Source of the DNA: Promethearchaeota archaeon
GTDB lineage: Archaea; Asgardarchaeota; Lokiarchaeia; Sigyniarchaeales; SOKP01
NCBI GenBank assembly: GCA_016839705.1
Contig: JAEOTR010000003.1
Span: 1 to 61,308 of the forward strand
Direction: 5' to 3'
Length of the DNA stretch: 61,308 bases
This document shows, one piece after another, positions 22,101 through 30,880 of this stretch. The translations under genes were made by a program, and so were the position numbers. Below the pieces are notes generated by a model. That model had not been told where the DNA came from, made no database searches, and saw only the letters and a program-made list of their open reading frames with translations. How positions within the stretch are numbered: position 1 is the stretch's first letter; every line of letters begins with the position of its first letter.

Positions 22101-24594
22101 ATTAGAAGTTGTAAAAGAAATTATATTCAATCAAAGCACTACAAAAGAAAATTTTAAAGATTACTGGTATGAAATTGACAATGCAGGAGCACAGGTTACT
22201 TTTGTTGGATCTTGGTTTTTGGATAATCTACCATTGATAAGCGAAGCATATGGGGAAGTCAAACCAAGGTGTTTATTATTCAGTTCTAATGGATATAACG
22301 TATTAGATACATATTGGAGTGATACTAATGAAGGATGCAAATATGAAGTTGGCCTTCAGGCTGTTTTAAATATTTCACGAACATCTCGATCAATGCCTTT
22401 TTGGAATAATTTCGTAAATGAATATAGTCATGAGCCATTTTTTGCTGCAGCAAGTGCATATGACAGTATTTATTTACTGGAAAACGCTACTTTAGATTCG
22501 CAATCTCTGGATGGTTCGAAGATTGTTGGAAGTTTAGAAAAAATAAATGTTTCCAATCCATTCCCAGGAATATCGGGAAAATTTGCTTATACCTCTTCTC
22601 ATGCTGTATTTCATGGGGTGGGTTATGGTTCCGAAGGTTATGCTTCCTGTATTATGTACCAATGGCAAGCAAACGGAAATAAATTTGTCATCCCAAATGC
22701 TAATTTAATATATCCTGATTCCTTAGCAACGGGTGGTTTACAAATTCCAGACTGGGGTATAAATATTCACTATACTATAAACTCTCCTATTGAAAATACT
22801 ATTTTTACGGAACTCCCTCCGGCTTTTAATGTTGAGATTCTTGATCCAATAGATGAATCTTGGTATATATTAAACTCTGGATCAGAAAAGCACTTTTTCA
22901 CTGCAAATCAATCAATAGATCCCACTGATTGGACCAACTTGCCGGAAGGAATCGTTAATTTAACATTTTATGCTATTGATTCTCAAGGAAAAATTTATCG
23001 TAGATATGTGACTTTCATAAAAGATGTTTCTCCTCCACATGTTACTATAGAACCGATGGAAACAACAACTTTCGGAAGTGAACCTCCTACGATAACTCTT
23101 GATATACAAGATGTTTCGGGTATTAAAGAAAGTTATTATAGCTTGGATGATGGCATAACTAAAATTCCATTTACTGGTAATGTAGTTACAATTAACCAAA
23201 CGATCTGGGAGGCATTGGGAGAAGGAATAGTAACAATTGCTTTTTATATAATAGATGTTGTTGATAAAGAAACCATTGTATATGTAGATGTATTTAAAGA
23301 TTTACCAGGAGCGCCCCCAGGTGACAATATTTTCTTTATTATTATTATTGGAGCCATAGCTCTCTGTTTAGGAATCGTAAGTACTATTACTTATTCACAA
23401 CATAGAAGAAAAAAGCGAAGAAAGACAGATTGGGCTAAACTGAAAAAGAAAAAAGGATTGATGACACCAGAATCCGCTGAAGGGAAGAATCTAGTTTTTA
23501 TAAGCTATGCGACTAAAGATTCTGAGTTATTTCAAATCCCATTGATAACAGATATTTTAATCCAATATCCAGAGATAGATGATATACTCTATTGGGAATC
23601 CGATATGCATGACGATATTTATGAATATATGGATGATAACTTAAAACTCTGCTCTAATTTCCTATTATTTTGTACGGAGAACTCTCTCTATTCTGAAGCT
23701 GTTAAAATGGAATGGCGTGCTGCCTTGAAACTAGATAAGAAAGTAATTCCAATTTTCATCAATCCAAATGATATACCTCCATTGTTAACAACAAAATTAG
23801 GTGTGCAATTTAATGAGGATGAAGTGTACGATTCAATAGAGGGTATATATCAGATGATATTGACAAAATTAGAAGTGCCTTCGTCTAGAGAGTTTTGCAA
23901 TTATCTAATTCCAAAATCGGTTTCTGAAGAATATTTTGACGAGAAAACTGCTCCAATGATAAAAAAAGATGCAATAATTGAAAGTGATATCCCCGCTAAT
24001 GACCTACAGATGAAACTTATATCATTTTTGGAAAAAAATAACTTTGAATTTCTCAAGGAATCAAATAAAGACGAAAAAGCTAAAGAATTTGAAGGATTTG
24101 CTGAAAGAACAAATGAAACACAACTAATATCTCTAAGATTTTTTGCTGAAGATAAATTTGCAAAACAAGAAATCGGATTATCTGCTACAATTCAAAAAGT
24201 TGAAGAATATAAGAGCAAAATATACCTTAGGATTATGGGGAATAAGGAATGGATGATCGGTGAAGTTTTAAAGGATCTCAATGGCAAATTCTATCCGCTA
24301 AAAACAGTTACCGAATTATTGAGAGAATATTCAGAAAAAATTGAAAATTTTATCGATCAAGTGGATAATCTTGAGGAATTTTTAAGTATAAATCTAGGTA
24401 TAGAATTTAGGGAAATTGAAGATATTCTGCATCAATTATCCAGAAATGAAATAGAAAAAGGCGAATTTATAAAAAGAGGGCTTCAATTGCTTGGAAAACA
24501 ATTTATACTGTTGTTCATTGAACACTTACTAAAAACTCCATATGATAAGAAAAAGGCAGAAGAACAAGGCGAAGGAATTCTTAGTCCCCTTTAA
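19102..24594 (+). CDS. Receptor-like protein: family-5 solute-binding domain + NosD-like beta-helix + type-1 periplasmic-binding (LivJ-like) domain + Ig-like repeats + TM + TIR + C-terminal domain
   Basis: NLDPH, IIPNLA, LRSNVTFHDGTKFNA, GTGPF (SBP5); GNYWSDY.G.D...DGIGDTPY (NosD-like); IKVGILG...GAVLAAKEINEAGGI, SAYDSIY (type-1 PBP); TM IFFIIIIGAIALCLGIV then RRKKRRK; TIR VFISYA...SEAVKMEW. Confidence 0.85.
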   Translation: MVMMNVNIITPQFNERSRKNLTQKSYIKKIISFSIILLLCFSINIPNFLRESGSRQIREDHSIEEIYLKSSNQGDQMFKFIYGITNGPLNLDPHDAWDKVSYDVIEQVCEGLFSDDLSTPEADIIPNLANETGTWMINATDTWYTVSLRSNVTFHDGTKFNATAVQFSFDRLAYLLNFTGTLPASVETSRLTVVYTWGDGTPIINHTEIIDEFTIKFVLTRPYAALPSLLCFWASYILSPTSTNATGYIDTFTGDLVGTGPFVYDEYISGEEVRLHAYDDYWKGKSQIELLTFKIVTDPVQALTSGEVDMINNLYINMVSTLEADPNINVVDVGNGSVIYFMQMNNKLLNRTWREAISYTVNYSYILDVLWQGRYNRLRSPLPDGVLYANNTNKVATFNISYARSVMQSMGYGIGWDTDYPGVDETLWTSSTFAIDEFGVSIDLNLFPNSQFNSLLNSLLMSDLSKIGIDLSETERSLNDLQIAGGSNPDELGLWILGWGADSYDPSHIIDPFFSNESIYSTNHAQVNDSYLQNLIDNGLTETNPAARKAIYDEIQRYLVEDSMPWVFLGINRVFDAYYDYALGYQSNSFGRVNLYTVSQNSTLYPGRIYLNGDQEWDYLKTFGKCTGSGTAIDPYIIRDLVINCQNRSQSGILIENSDVFVEIRNCTIYNSTGAGIEFNNVSNSKIIGNNCSNNSFGILLDLNSINNEISTNLIDTNSQYGIILNNAQNNLVFNNTVIWNNVNAYDNGTNNDWDNGAMGNYWSDYDGVDDDNDGIGDTPYTIPGSSGRQDNFPLYDRYFVPGIQVYVAPDQIIKVGILGDPSHISCEHAWKGAVLAAKEINEAGGILINGSVFYIGLISQNTFEAEENLDTTKGINAATNLISTYDPDFIIGGLKYQSVSAYLEPIMDAQIPFLPTIVSIDNFTQNVLDNYDRYKYFFSHTHNNSEIARELITFQVYLTSLLSFTIGRSVDKIAILHDGQGLWPAFFDFVKSNFLPLYGLEVVKEIIFNQSTTKENFKDYWYEIDNAGAQVTFVGSWFLDNLPLISEAYGEVKPRCLLFSSNGYNVLDTYWSDTNEGCKYEVGLQAVLNISRTSRSMPFWNNFVNEYSHEPFFAAASAYDSIYLLENATLDSQSLDGSKIVGSLEKINVSNPFPGISGKFAYTSSHAVFHGVGYGSEGYASCIMYQWQANGNKFVIPNANLIYPDSLATGGLQIPDWGINIHYTINSPIENTIFTELPPAFNVEILDPIDESWYILNSGSEKHFFTANQSIDPTDWTNLPEGIVNLTFYAIDSQGKIYRRYVTFIKDVSPPHVTIEPMETTTFGSEPPTITLDIQDVSGIKESYYSLDDGITKIPFTGNVVTINQTIWEALGEGIVTIAFYIIDVVDKETIVYVDVFKDLPGAPPGDNIFFIIIIGAIALCLGIVSTITYSQHRRKKRRKTDWAKLKKKKGLMTPESAEGKNLVFISYATKDSELFQIPLITDILIQYPEIDDILYWESDMHDDIYEYMDDNLKLCSNFLLFCTENSLYSEAVKMEWRAALKLDKKVIPIFINPNDIPPLLTTKLGVQFNEDEVYDSIEGIYQMILTKLEVPSSREFCNYLIPKSVSEEYFDEKTAPMIKKDAIIESDIPANDLQMKLISFLEKNNFEFLKESNKDEKAKEFEGFAERTNETQLISLRFFAEDKFAKQEIGLSATIQKVEEYKSKIYLRIMGNKEWMIGEVLKDLNGKFYPLKTVTELLREYSEKIENFIDQVDNLEEFLSINLGIEFREIEDILHQLSRNEIEKGEFIKRGLQLLGKQFILLFIEHLLKTPYDKKKAEEQGEGILSPL

Positions 24595-24684
24595 TCTCAA
24601 AATTTAAAAAAATAAAATCAAATACTATTTATTTTTTTTGATAAATTGTTTTAATTTAGGTTAAATTGGTTCTATTTTTTGTAT

Positions 24685-25431
24685 TTATAAGAACAGTTCA
24701 TCAAGATTACAATAACCTACAACTTCATCTCTTAAGAAAAATTTAAAAGGAAACTCCACAGCTTTATACGGTTTTAAAATATTTAGTAAAACTTCATGTT
24801 CAGGCTTCGAAAAAATCTCTTTAAATTCCTCTCCTACACCTTCTAAAAACTGAAATTGTTGAAGAACAAAATTTCCTGAAAATTTTAAATCCCTAAGAAA
24901 TTTTATAATAATCTCAATATCTTTTGAAGATAGAAGACTTTCAACATAAGTAGTACGTATCTCAAACTCTATTTCTTTTTGGATTTTTAGAAATTCAATA
25001 GTATCCCTTATCTTATTTGTATCTACTTTCACACCAGTAATCTTTTCTAGTTTTTTCAGCTCAAGAGGTCCCTTCAAATCTAATGCTACTCTATTAATAT
25101 AAGGAGAAATTGTTTTTATAACCGTGGGATTTGATCCGTTAGTATCAATGCTTAAAAATTTATCGAGGTTTTTAATTTCTCTACATAACTCTGGCAAATC
25201 TTTTTGTAATGTTGGTTCTCCTCCTGTAATACTCACTCCGCTTACTAGTGAGTTAGTACTTATTTGATTAATCAATTCACTGATAGAATATTCTCTCCCA
25301 ACATTGAGTTGTAAAAGATATTTATTATGACAAAAATCACACTTAAAGTTACATCCTACAGTAAATATTACCATAGCGGATTTATGTGGAATGTCCTTTG
25401 TTGAAATGTCAAGGATTCCTCCAATTTTCAT
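24685..25431 (-). CDS. Radical SAM glycyl-radical activating enzyme (NrdG-like)
   Basis: IFTVGCNFKCDFCHN, ITGGEPTLQ, IDTNGSNP, ALDLK, EIRTT. Confidence 0.85.
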   Translation of the reverse strand: MKIGGILDISTKDIPHKSAMVIFTVGCNFKCDFCHNKYLLQLNVGREYSISELINQISTNSLVSGVSITGGEPTLQKDLPELCREIKNLDKFLSIDTNGSNPTVIKTISPYINRVALDLKGPLELKKLEKITGVKVDTNKIRDTIEFLKIQKEIEFEIRTTYVESLLSSKDIEIIIKFLRDLKFSGNFVLQQFQFLEGVGEEFKEIFSKPEHEVLLNILKPYKAVEFPFKFFLRDEVVGYCNLDELFL

Positions 25432-25434
25432 ATT

Positions 25435-26331
25435 TTATCCTGAATATTCTTTTTTAATTAAAGATTCAACTTGATAACGTGGTAAATTAAAAGGTCCTGG
25501 AGTTTCTAATTTAAGAGATGTGAGCGCTGCTGCAAATTTCAATGCATCTTCTGGACTTTTTGTAATTCGAGATCCTAAATAACTAATAAATGCCGTATCT
25601 CCCCTTCCAGTTCTCCCCAATAAGGTTTTATTCTTCCATAGAAAATGATTTGAAAAGTTAGTTCCAAAGACAGAAATACCCTCCTTATGAGTAATAAGAA
25701 TCTCCCTAGGACCAATCTTAAGTATTTCTTTTGCAGCACTTACAATATTTTTCTCATTTGTTAATATTTCAGCCTCAGTTTGGTCTACTTTCAACACATT
25801 AATATTTGAAATAATCTCCTTCTTCTCTTTTGAGGTTAGGGATGAATAAAATACTCTCTTGTCATCCCGAACCCTAATAAAACCTTGTATATCTAAACAT
25901 AAATTATTCGGATAAAGAGTTTTAATATGTTTTAATAATTCTAAATTAACTTCTCCTGCTATAATTGAACCAATTACAAAGAATTTTGAATTAATATTGA
26001 TAATTTCTTCTTTTTTAAACGAACCAGCAAAGCCAAGTGGTTCATAACTCCTAAATTCCATATTTCTTGATGAGTAGATATTTTTTAAACCAGAAGTTTC
26101 ATCAGAAGGATAAGCATAATATTTAATTCCATTCTTTTTAAAAATAGTTAAAATCTCGAAATCTTCTTCTTTAAGTCTCGTAATAACTATAATTTTAAGA
26201 CCCATATGGGTTCCAGCAATACCACCATAATATACTGCACCCCCTAAACTAGTGAAACTCTTATGATCCACTTCGATAATATCCTTAGCTAGATGCCCTA
26301 AAATTACGATATCTGCTGATTCTTTTTTCAT
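25435..26331 (-). CDS. PfkB-family carbohydrate kinase
   Basis: GHLAKD..GGAVYY, DIQG, LKVDQTEA, GRTGRGDT anion-hole motif. Confidence 0.8.
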   Translation of the reverse strand: MKKESADIVILGHLAKDIIEVDHKSFTSLGGAVYYGGIAGTHMGLKIIVITRLKEEDFEILTIFKKNGIKYYAYPSDETSGLKNIYSSRNMEFRSYEPLGFAGSFKKEEIININSKFFVIGSIIAGEVNLELLKHIKTLYPNNLCLDIQGFIRVRDDKRVFYSSLTSKEKKEIISNINVLKVDQTEAEILTNEKNIVSAAKEILKIGPREILITHKEGISVFGTNFSNHFLWKNKTLLGRTGRGDTAFISYLGSRITKSPEDALKFAAALTSLKLETPGPFNLPRYQVESLIKKEYSG

Positions 26332-26422
26332 AAATACAATTATTAAAACAGATTAAATATTAAGAAATTAACGCTTAATAATTAGATTATAGATAAAAAA
26401 AGGAAAAAAGTATGGATAATTA

Positions 26423-26614
26423 TTATGAAGGATTTTCAATCTTCCCTTCGATAAAGGTTTCCAATATGTTTTCTTTTATTTTGGAGAATTCCAATTTTGG
26501 AATCATTATTTTCTTATCACTTTTTATAATACTTTTTGCAAGAACTGAACTTATATGTAAGCTTTTTGAATCACCTCTGTTAATTTGTTCATTTATTATT
26601 TCTTTTTTCATCAT
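26423..26614 (-). CDS. Small hypothetical protein
   Basis: 63-aa ORF with hydrophilic composition like neighbouring genes; no recognisable motif. Confidence 0.35.
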   Translation of the reverse strand: MMKKEIINEQINRGDSKSLHISSVLAKSIIKSDKKIMIPKLEFSKIKENILETFIEGKIENPS

Positions 26615-26888
26615 TATTTAATTATAATTTATGCTATTTAAATCTTTCCCACTTGATTCCCATTACATAAAATAAGCTTAAAAGGCATGAAAATATAAAT
26701 TAAGAAAAAAATTGAACCTTAAATAAACATTGTTCAGTAATTAATCTGAAGAATTGAATAACCATTTAATTAATTTAACAATAAACTGATCCTAAACTGA
26801 AAATAATTTAGATTTTCATTTTAAATGCTTTTATTAAAGTAATAATAAAGAAAGCAATAATAAAAAAAAATTTGATTTGAAGTGGGGT

Positions 26889-27407
26889 TTAATCTGGAAA
26901 ACTTTGTATCGTTAAGTGACAATATTGAATACTATTGGTATCAACAGTAGAACGTACATACATCGATATATTGTGAGTTCCCGCAGTCCATCCCTCACTA
27001 AAATAATCTAGTGAAACAGAATGAAAGTAACTCGAATAATTTCCTGCGTAGCCCCCTGCTCGAGCATTTGGATTACTTATAAGAACTTCATCGATGTAAT
27101 AATATATCATTACATCTGATCTACCCAAATTTCCAGTAATTAAAGCTGTACATGTAAACGAGAGTAGAATTGATGCTTTGGTCGTTAAATCAATACTTAT
27201 AGACATGTTTGGAATTGTCATATACGTACTTGTCAGGTCTACATCAAATATATCTTCATAGTACCGGTGCCAAATGTTTTGTGGTGCTACTCCAACTAGC
27301 TGTGATCTGATGCTATTTTGATTATTCCATACAATGAAAGCAAATCCTAAACCCCCAGCACCTAAAAGTAGCCCCAATATACCTAAAACGACTCCACCTT
27401 TTCCCAT
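26889..27407 (-). CDS. Membrane-anchored hypothetical protein with beta-rich extracellular domain
   Basis: Gly-rich N-terminal TM (VVLGILGLLLGAGGLGFAFIVW), AGTHNISMYV beta-sandwich pattern; AAGGA SD. Confidence 0.7.
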   Translation of the reverse strand: MGKGGVVLGILGLLLGAGGLGFAFIVWNNQNSIRSQLVGVAPQNIWHRYYEDIFDVDLTSTYMTIPNMSISIDLTTKASILLSFTCTALITGNLGRSDVMIYYYIDEVLISNPNARAGGYAGNYSSYFHSVSLDYFSEGWTAGTHNISMYVRSTVDTNSIQYCHLTIQSFPD

Positions 27408-27673
27408 TATAATCTATCCTTTTTTTATTAGTTTTTTTCAAATTTTTTTTGGATGATAATAGGAAATTAAGATATTTCTGTTTTAAACATTTTTGTTCGC
27501 TTTACTAAAACTTTTGAAGACTAACCCTATATCAAAATGAGTTTTTACAGCCATTCAAACATAATAGTTTTAAGATCAAAGATTTTTTAAGGGGTTTTTA
27601 ATTCTCAATTACAATTTAGTATAATATTACTTACATATTTATATTTTAATTAGGTATAGGAGAATAATCAAAA

Positions 27674-27955
27674 ATGATATTTGAAGATTTAATTGGGCTG
27701 TTAAAGAAGAAAGGATTCAAGGATACGCTCTATGTCCTGACCAAGAATGGTAATAAATTGGACAAGCATGCCTTTTATAATGAGTTAAATTCGTTTTCAT
27801 ACTATAACTCGTTCTTTCGTGTTAAAGATGATCTTATTAAAAAGGGATTGATAGAGATCGAAAACAGTAATAAGATCAAATATGTTAAATTAACAGATAA
27901 GGGTTTAGATGTCTACAATAAACTTAACGAAATCAACAATTTAGTTAAAAAATAA
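27674..27955 (+). CDS. Small winged-helix DNA-binding protein
   Basis: LIKKGLIEI...YVKLTDKG wing motif; AGGAG SD. Confidence 0.7.
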   Translation: MIFEDLIGLLKKKGFKDTLYVLTKNGNKLDKHAFYNELNSFSYYNSFFRVKDDLIKKGLIEIENSNKIKYVKLTDKGLDVYNKLNEINNLVKK

Positions 27956-27988
27956 CCCTTTTTATTTTTACTTCTAATTCTATAATAA

Positions 27989-28633
27989 GTGAAGTTTCAA
28001 TTGATATTAAAAAAACTAATTGTTGGACCTATTGGCACTAACTCATATATTTTCGGGTCATCTGAGACTAAGGAAATCGTAGTTATCGATCCAGGTGGAG
28101 ACCCTAGTAAGATTATTGAATCTATAGAAGAATTAGGCGGTAAGCCTATTGCTGTTTTATTAACTCACGGACACTTCGATCATACAGGCGGTATTGGAAA
28201 AATTAAGCGACAATTTGATATTCCTTTAATGTTTAATAAAAATGAGTATGATTCTGGGTCTTACCATCAAAAACAAGCAGATAGATGGCTGAACGAGGGA
28301 GATTCTCTTTCAATTGGAGAAATTACCTTACACGTATTAGAAACTCCGGGACATTCCCCGGGTTCCTTGTGCTTTTATACAAACGATGTAAAGGAGTATG
28401 GGGGACAAAATATTGATGGAATTATTTTCTCGGGTGATTTAATCTTTCGAAGAAGCATAGGAAGATCTGACTTTGGAGGAGGTGACCCAAACTTACTCTT
28501 TTCATCCATTAAGAACAAAATAATGCACAATCCTGAGATTACTGATAATTTCCTAATTTTTGCGGGACATATGGGTGACACCTCAGTAGGAGAAGAGAGA
28601 CGGATGAATATGTTTAGGAATTATTTTCTTTAA
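27989..28633 (+). CDS. MBL-fold hydrolase (glyoxalase II-like), copy 1
   Basis: IDPG, THGHFDH, TPGHSPGS, SGDLIF..IGRSD. Confidence 0.88.
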   Translation: MKFQLILKKLIVGPIGTNSYIFGSSETKEIVVIDPGGDPSKIIESIEELGGKPIAVLLTHGHFDHTGGIGKIKRQFDIPLMFNKNEYDSGSYHQKQADRWLNEGDSLSIGEITLHVLETPGHSPGSLCFYTNDVKEYGGQNIDGIIFSGDLIFRRSIGRSDFGGGDPNLLFSSIKNKIMHNPEITDNFLIFAGHMGDTSVGEERRMNMFRNYFL

Positions 28634-28770
28634 GTAAAAATCAAATTTTAGATCTTTTTCTAAAATCCAAAGAGCCTAAAATCTTTTATAAATAATTGCA
28701 TATCGAATATACGGAACACCTACAAAAAAATCCTTCTATTCAGAATACATTAAATAAATACTTCAATACT

Positions 28771-28800
28771 GGGCAAGTCCTCGAAACAGCGGACTTTCCT
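28771..28800. other. GC-rich stem-loop in the spacer between the two MBL paralogs
   Basis: GGGCAAGTCC-N10-GGACTTTCCT: 10-position stem with one mismatch and one G-U pair. Confidence 0.35.
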
Positions 28801-28903
28801 TTTCTCGAGTCGCTTATAATGGAGATTTTTAAGTGATAAAATAAAAAAAATTATAGGTTAACTAACATTTTATCTTCTAATTTTTGAAAGGAGTAGATTT
28901 CAT

Positions 28904-29545
28904 GTGATCTTAAAACGATTGGTGGTTGGGTCTTATATCGTCAATACATATATCTTTGGGTCAACAAACACAAAAGAAGTTGTAATTATTGATCCTGGGG
29001 CTGAAGCCGAGAAAATTATTAACACAATTGATTCATTAGAAGCTAAACCAATCGCAGTTCTTGTTACTCATGGTCACGGGGATCACACAGGGAATGTGGG
29101 TGTAATTTCAAGCTATTTTGACATTCCCATAATGTTTCATAAATCGAGATATAATTGGGGAAGATATTCTTCAGGTAAAGACAATCGAGGATTGACGGAG
29201 GGGGATACTATCAACGTTGGGGAATACACCTTACATGTCTTAGAAACCCCTGGGCATTCCCCCGATTCCCTTTGTTTCTACTCAAAAGATCCAAAAGAAT
29301 TTGATGGTCAAGAAATTGATGGGATTATCTTTACTGGTGATTTAATTTTCTGTCGTGGAATAGGAAGATCAGATTTCGGAGGAGGAAACTCAAACCAGCT
29401 ATTTTTATCAATTAAAAATAAAATTATGAACAATCCTGAGTTTACAGATAATTTTCTTATATTTTCAGGGCACTCCTACTCCGGAGATGTTACCTCTGTA
29501 GGAGAAGAGAGGAGAGAGAATCCCTATAGACAATATTTTCTTTGA
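28904..29545 (+). CDS. MBL-fold hydrolase (glyoxalase II-like), copy 2
   Basis: THGHGDH, TPGHSPDS, TGDLIF; close tandem paralog of 27989..28633. Confidence 0.88.
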   Translation: MILKRLVVGSYIVNTYIFGSTNTKEVVIIDPGAEAEKIINTIDSLEAKPIAVLVTHGHGDHTGNVGVISSYFDIPIMFHKSRYNWGRYSSGKDNRGLTEGDTINVGEYTLHVLETPGHSPDSLCFYSKDPKEFDGQEIDGIIFTGDLIFCRGIGRSDFGGGNSNQLFLSIKNKIMNNPEFTDNFLIFSGHSYSGDVTSVGEERRENPYRQYFL

Positions 29546-29574
29546 GGGCATAATGGAAAATAGAATAACTCAAA

Positions 29575-30765
29575 TCAACAATCTTTTAGGGGTGTCATAA
29601 AACCTCCCATCGTTCTTTTAGTCAATGGGTTCATTTTATTACATTCTATAGTTGCAACTTTTTTGCCAGTGATAAATTTTCCCATCTTTTTGCACTCTAC
29701 TTCAATCATGTTATGGATTGTAGGATTCACATCTTCAAATAAATGAAATTTTATTAAGGGTTCAGGTTTTTCAACGATGTCCCATACACCAACTATATGT
29801 CCATTTAGTAAAATAGTAGTTGTCGCATTACCAGATCGGTCGAAAATATACTCATAATTAGCATAATTGACGTATCGTTCCCGATTCTTATAGCCCATTA
29901 TATATGGATCGAGTCCAGGGAGTATGTTAACGGTAGGTTGCGAGTTTAACTCAATATCCTCAATAGCTTTTCTTTCAGACTTAAATAAAAGATATTCATA
30001 TTCTAAGTCACCAAGTTTAACGGTTTCTAATGTATCCGCGAATTGTTTCAGCGAAGCTCGAACTTTTCCTTTTGTTATTCCCAGCCACCAGACAATATCA
30101 GTCTCAGTAACGGGGCCATAATTCCTAATATATTTATTTATTAGCTTCGCTGTTGCTTGTGATTCATCATATGCATCAAGTTTGATATCTGGAAAATATT
30201 GTGCGAATGGAGCATAAAATAACCGTCTATCCTTCCAACTACTTATAGGTTTACCCCTAATTATAAACATTTCATCACACATTACAGAAATAACCGCATT
30301 TAAATCTTTTTCAGATTTTATTAAAGTCTTTAATTCGCTGGTTGATTTTTCCTTTTTGGTTAAAAGATTGATGATTTTATTCACTAACTTATCATATTGT
30401 TCTCTTGATATATCTCTTATTTCAAGATACATATTATCTCGCTTTACAGTTTGGTCCTTTATAACGGTGTGTACTAGTGGTATCATCTCTTTTGTAATAA
30501 TAAAAAGAGTCTTTCGCATCCCTCGAATTCGACCTAATCTCTTTTTTTTGTATAATTCATTGTCTAGATCTTCCTTATGAAAATCTTTCATACGAGTAAA
30601 AAGAGATAAATATGGCTCGAGGGTACCAGTTGCATGCAAGCCACATATGTCATCAACAATTTGAAGAATATCATTTATTTTATTTTGTTGCTTTAAGTGA
30701 TGTTTCTCGAGTAGATAGGAATTAACTTGATCAATTTCAAAATTAAACATGATACTAAAAATCAA
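29575..30765 (-). CDS. AlkZ/YcaQ-like (HTH_42) winged-helix DNA glycosylase
   Basis: GLHAT..PYLSLFTR, MRKTLF, YIRNYGPVT..D..WWLG, LPGLDPYIMGY..R, GHIVGVW. Confidence 0.75.
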   Translation of the reverse strand: MIFSIMFNFEIDQVNSYLLEKHHLKQQNKINDILQIVDDICGLHATGTLEPYLSLFTRMKDFHKEDLDNELYKKKRLGRIRGMRKTLFIITKEMIPLVHTVIKDQTVKRDNMYLEIRDISREQYDKLVNKIINLLTKKEKSTSELKTLIKSEKDLNAVISVMCDEMFIIRGKPISSWKDRRLFYAPFAQYFPDIKLDAYDESQATAKLINKYIRNYGPVTETDIVWWLGITKGKVRASLKQFADTLETVKLGDLEYEYLLFKSERKAIEDIELNSQPTVNILPGLDPYIMGYKNRERYVNYANYEYIFDRSGNATTTILLNGHIVGVWDIVEKPEPLIKFHLFEDVNPTIHNMIEVECKKMGKFITGKKVATIECNKMNPLTKRTMGGFMTPLKDC

Positions 30766-30880
30766 AAAAATCGTTGATCTAGATTATTAATCTAAATTAT
30801 TTTAATATAAATTTTTAAAAACCTTAAATCTATTATTATAATATTAAAAATTTAGAATTTTCTTAAAGGTGTAATTTATC

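Noticed and set aside
15629-24594. Thoeris or another known TIR anti-phage system
   Set aside because: No ThsA (SIR2/Macro), CBASS, Argonaute or NLR partner is in the window, and the neighbours are metabolic; a defence role is not excluded but has no support here
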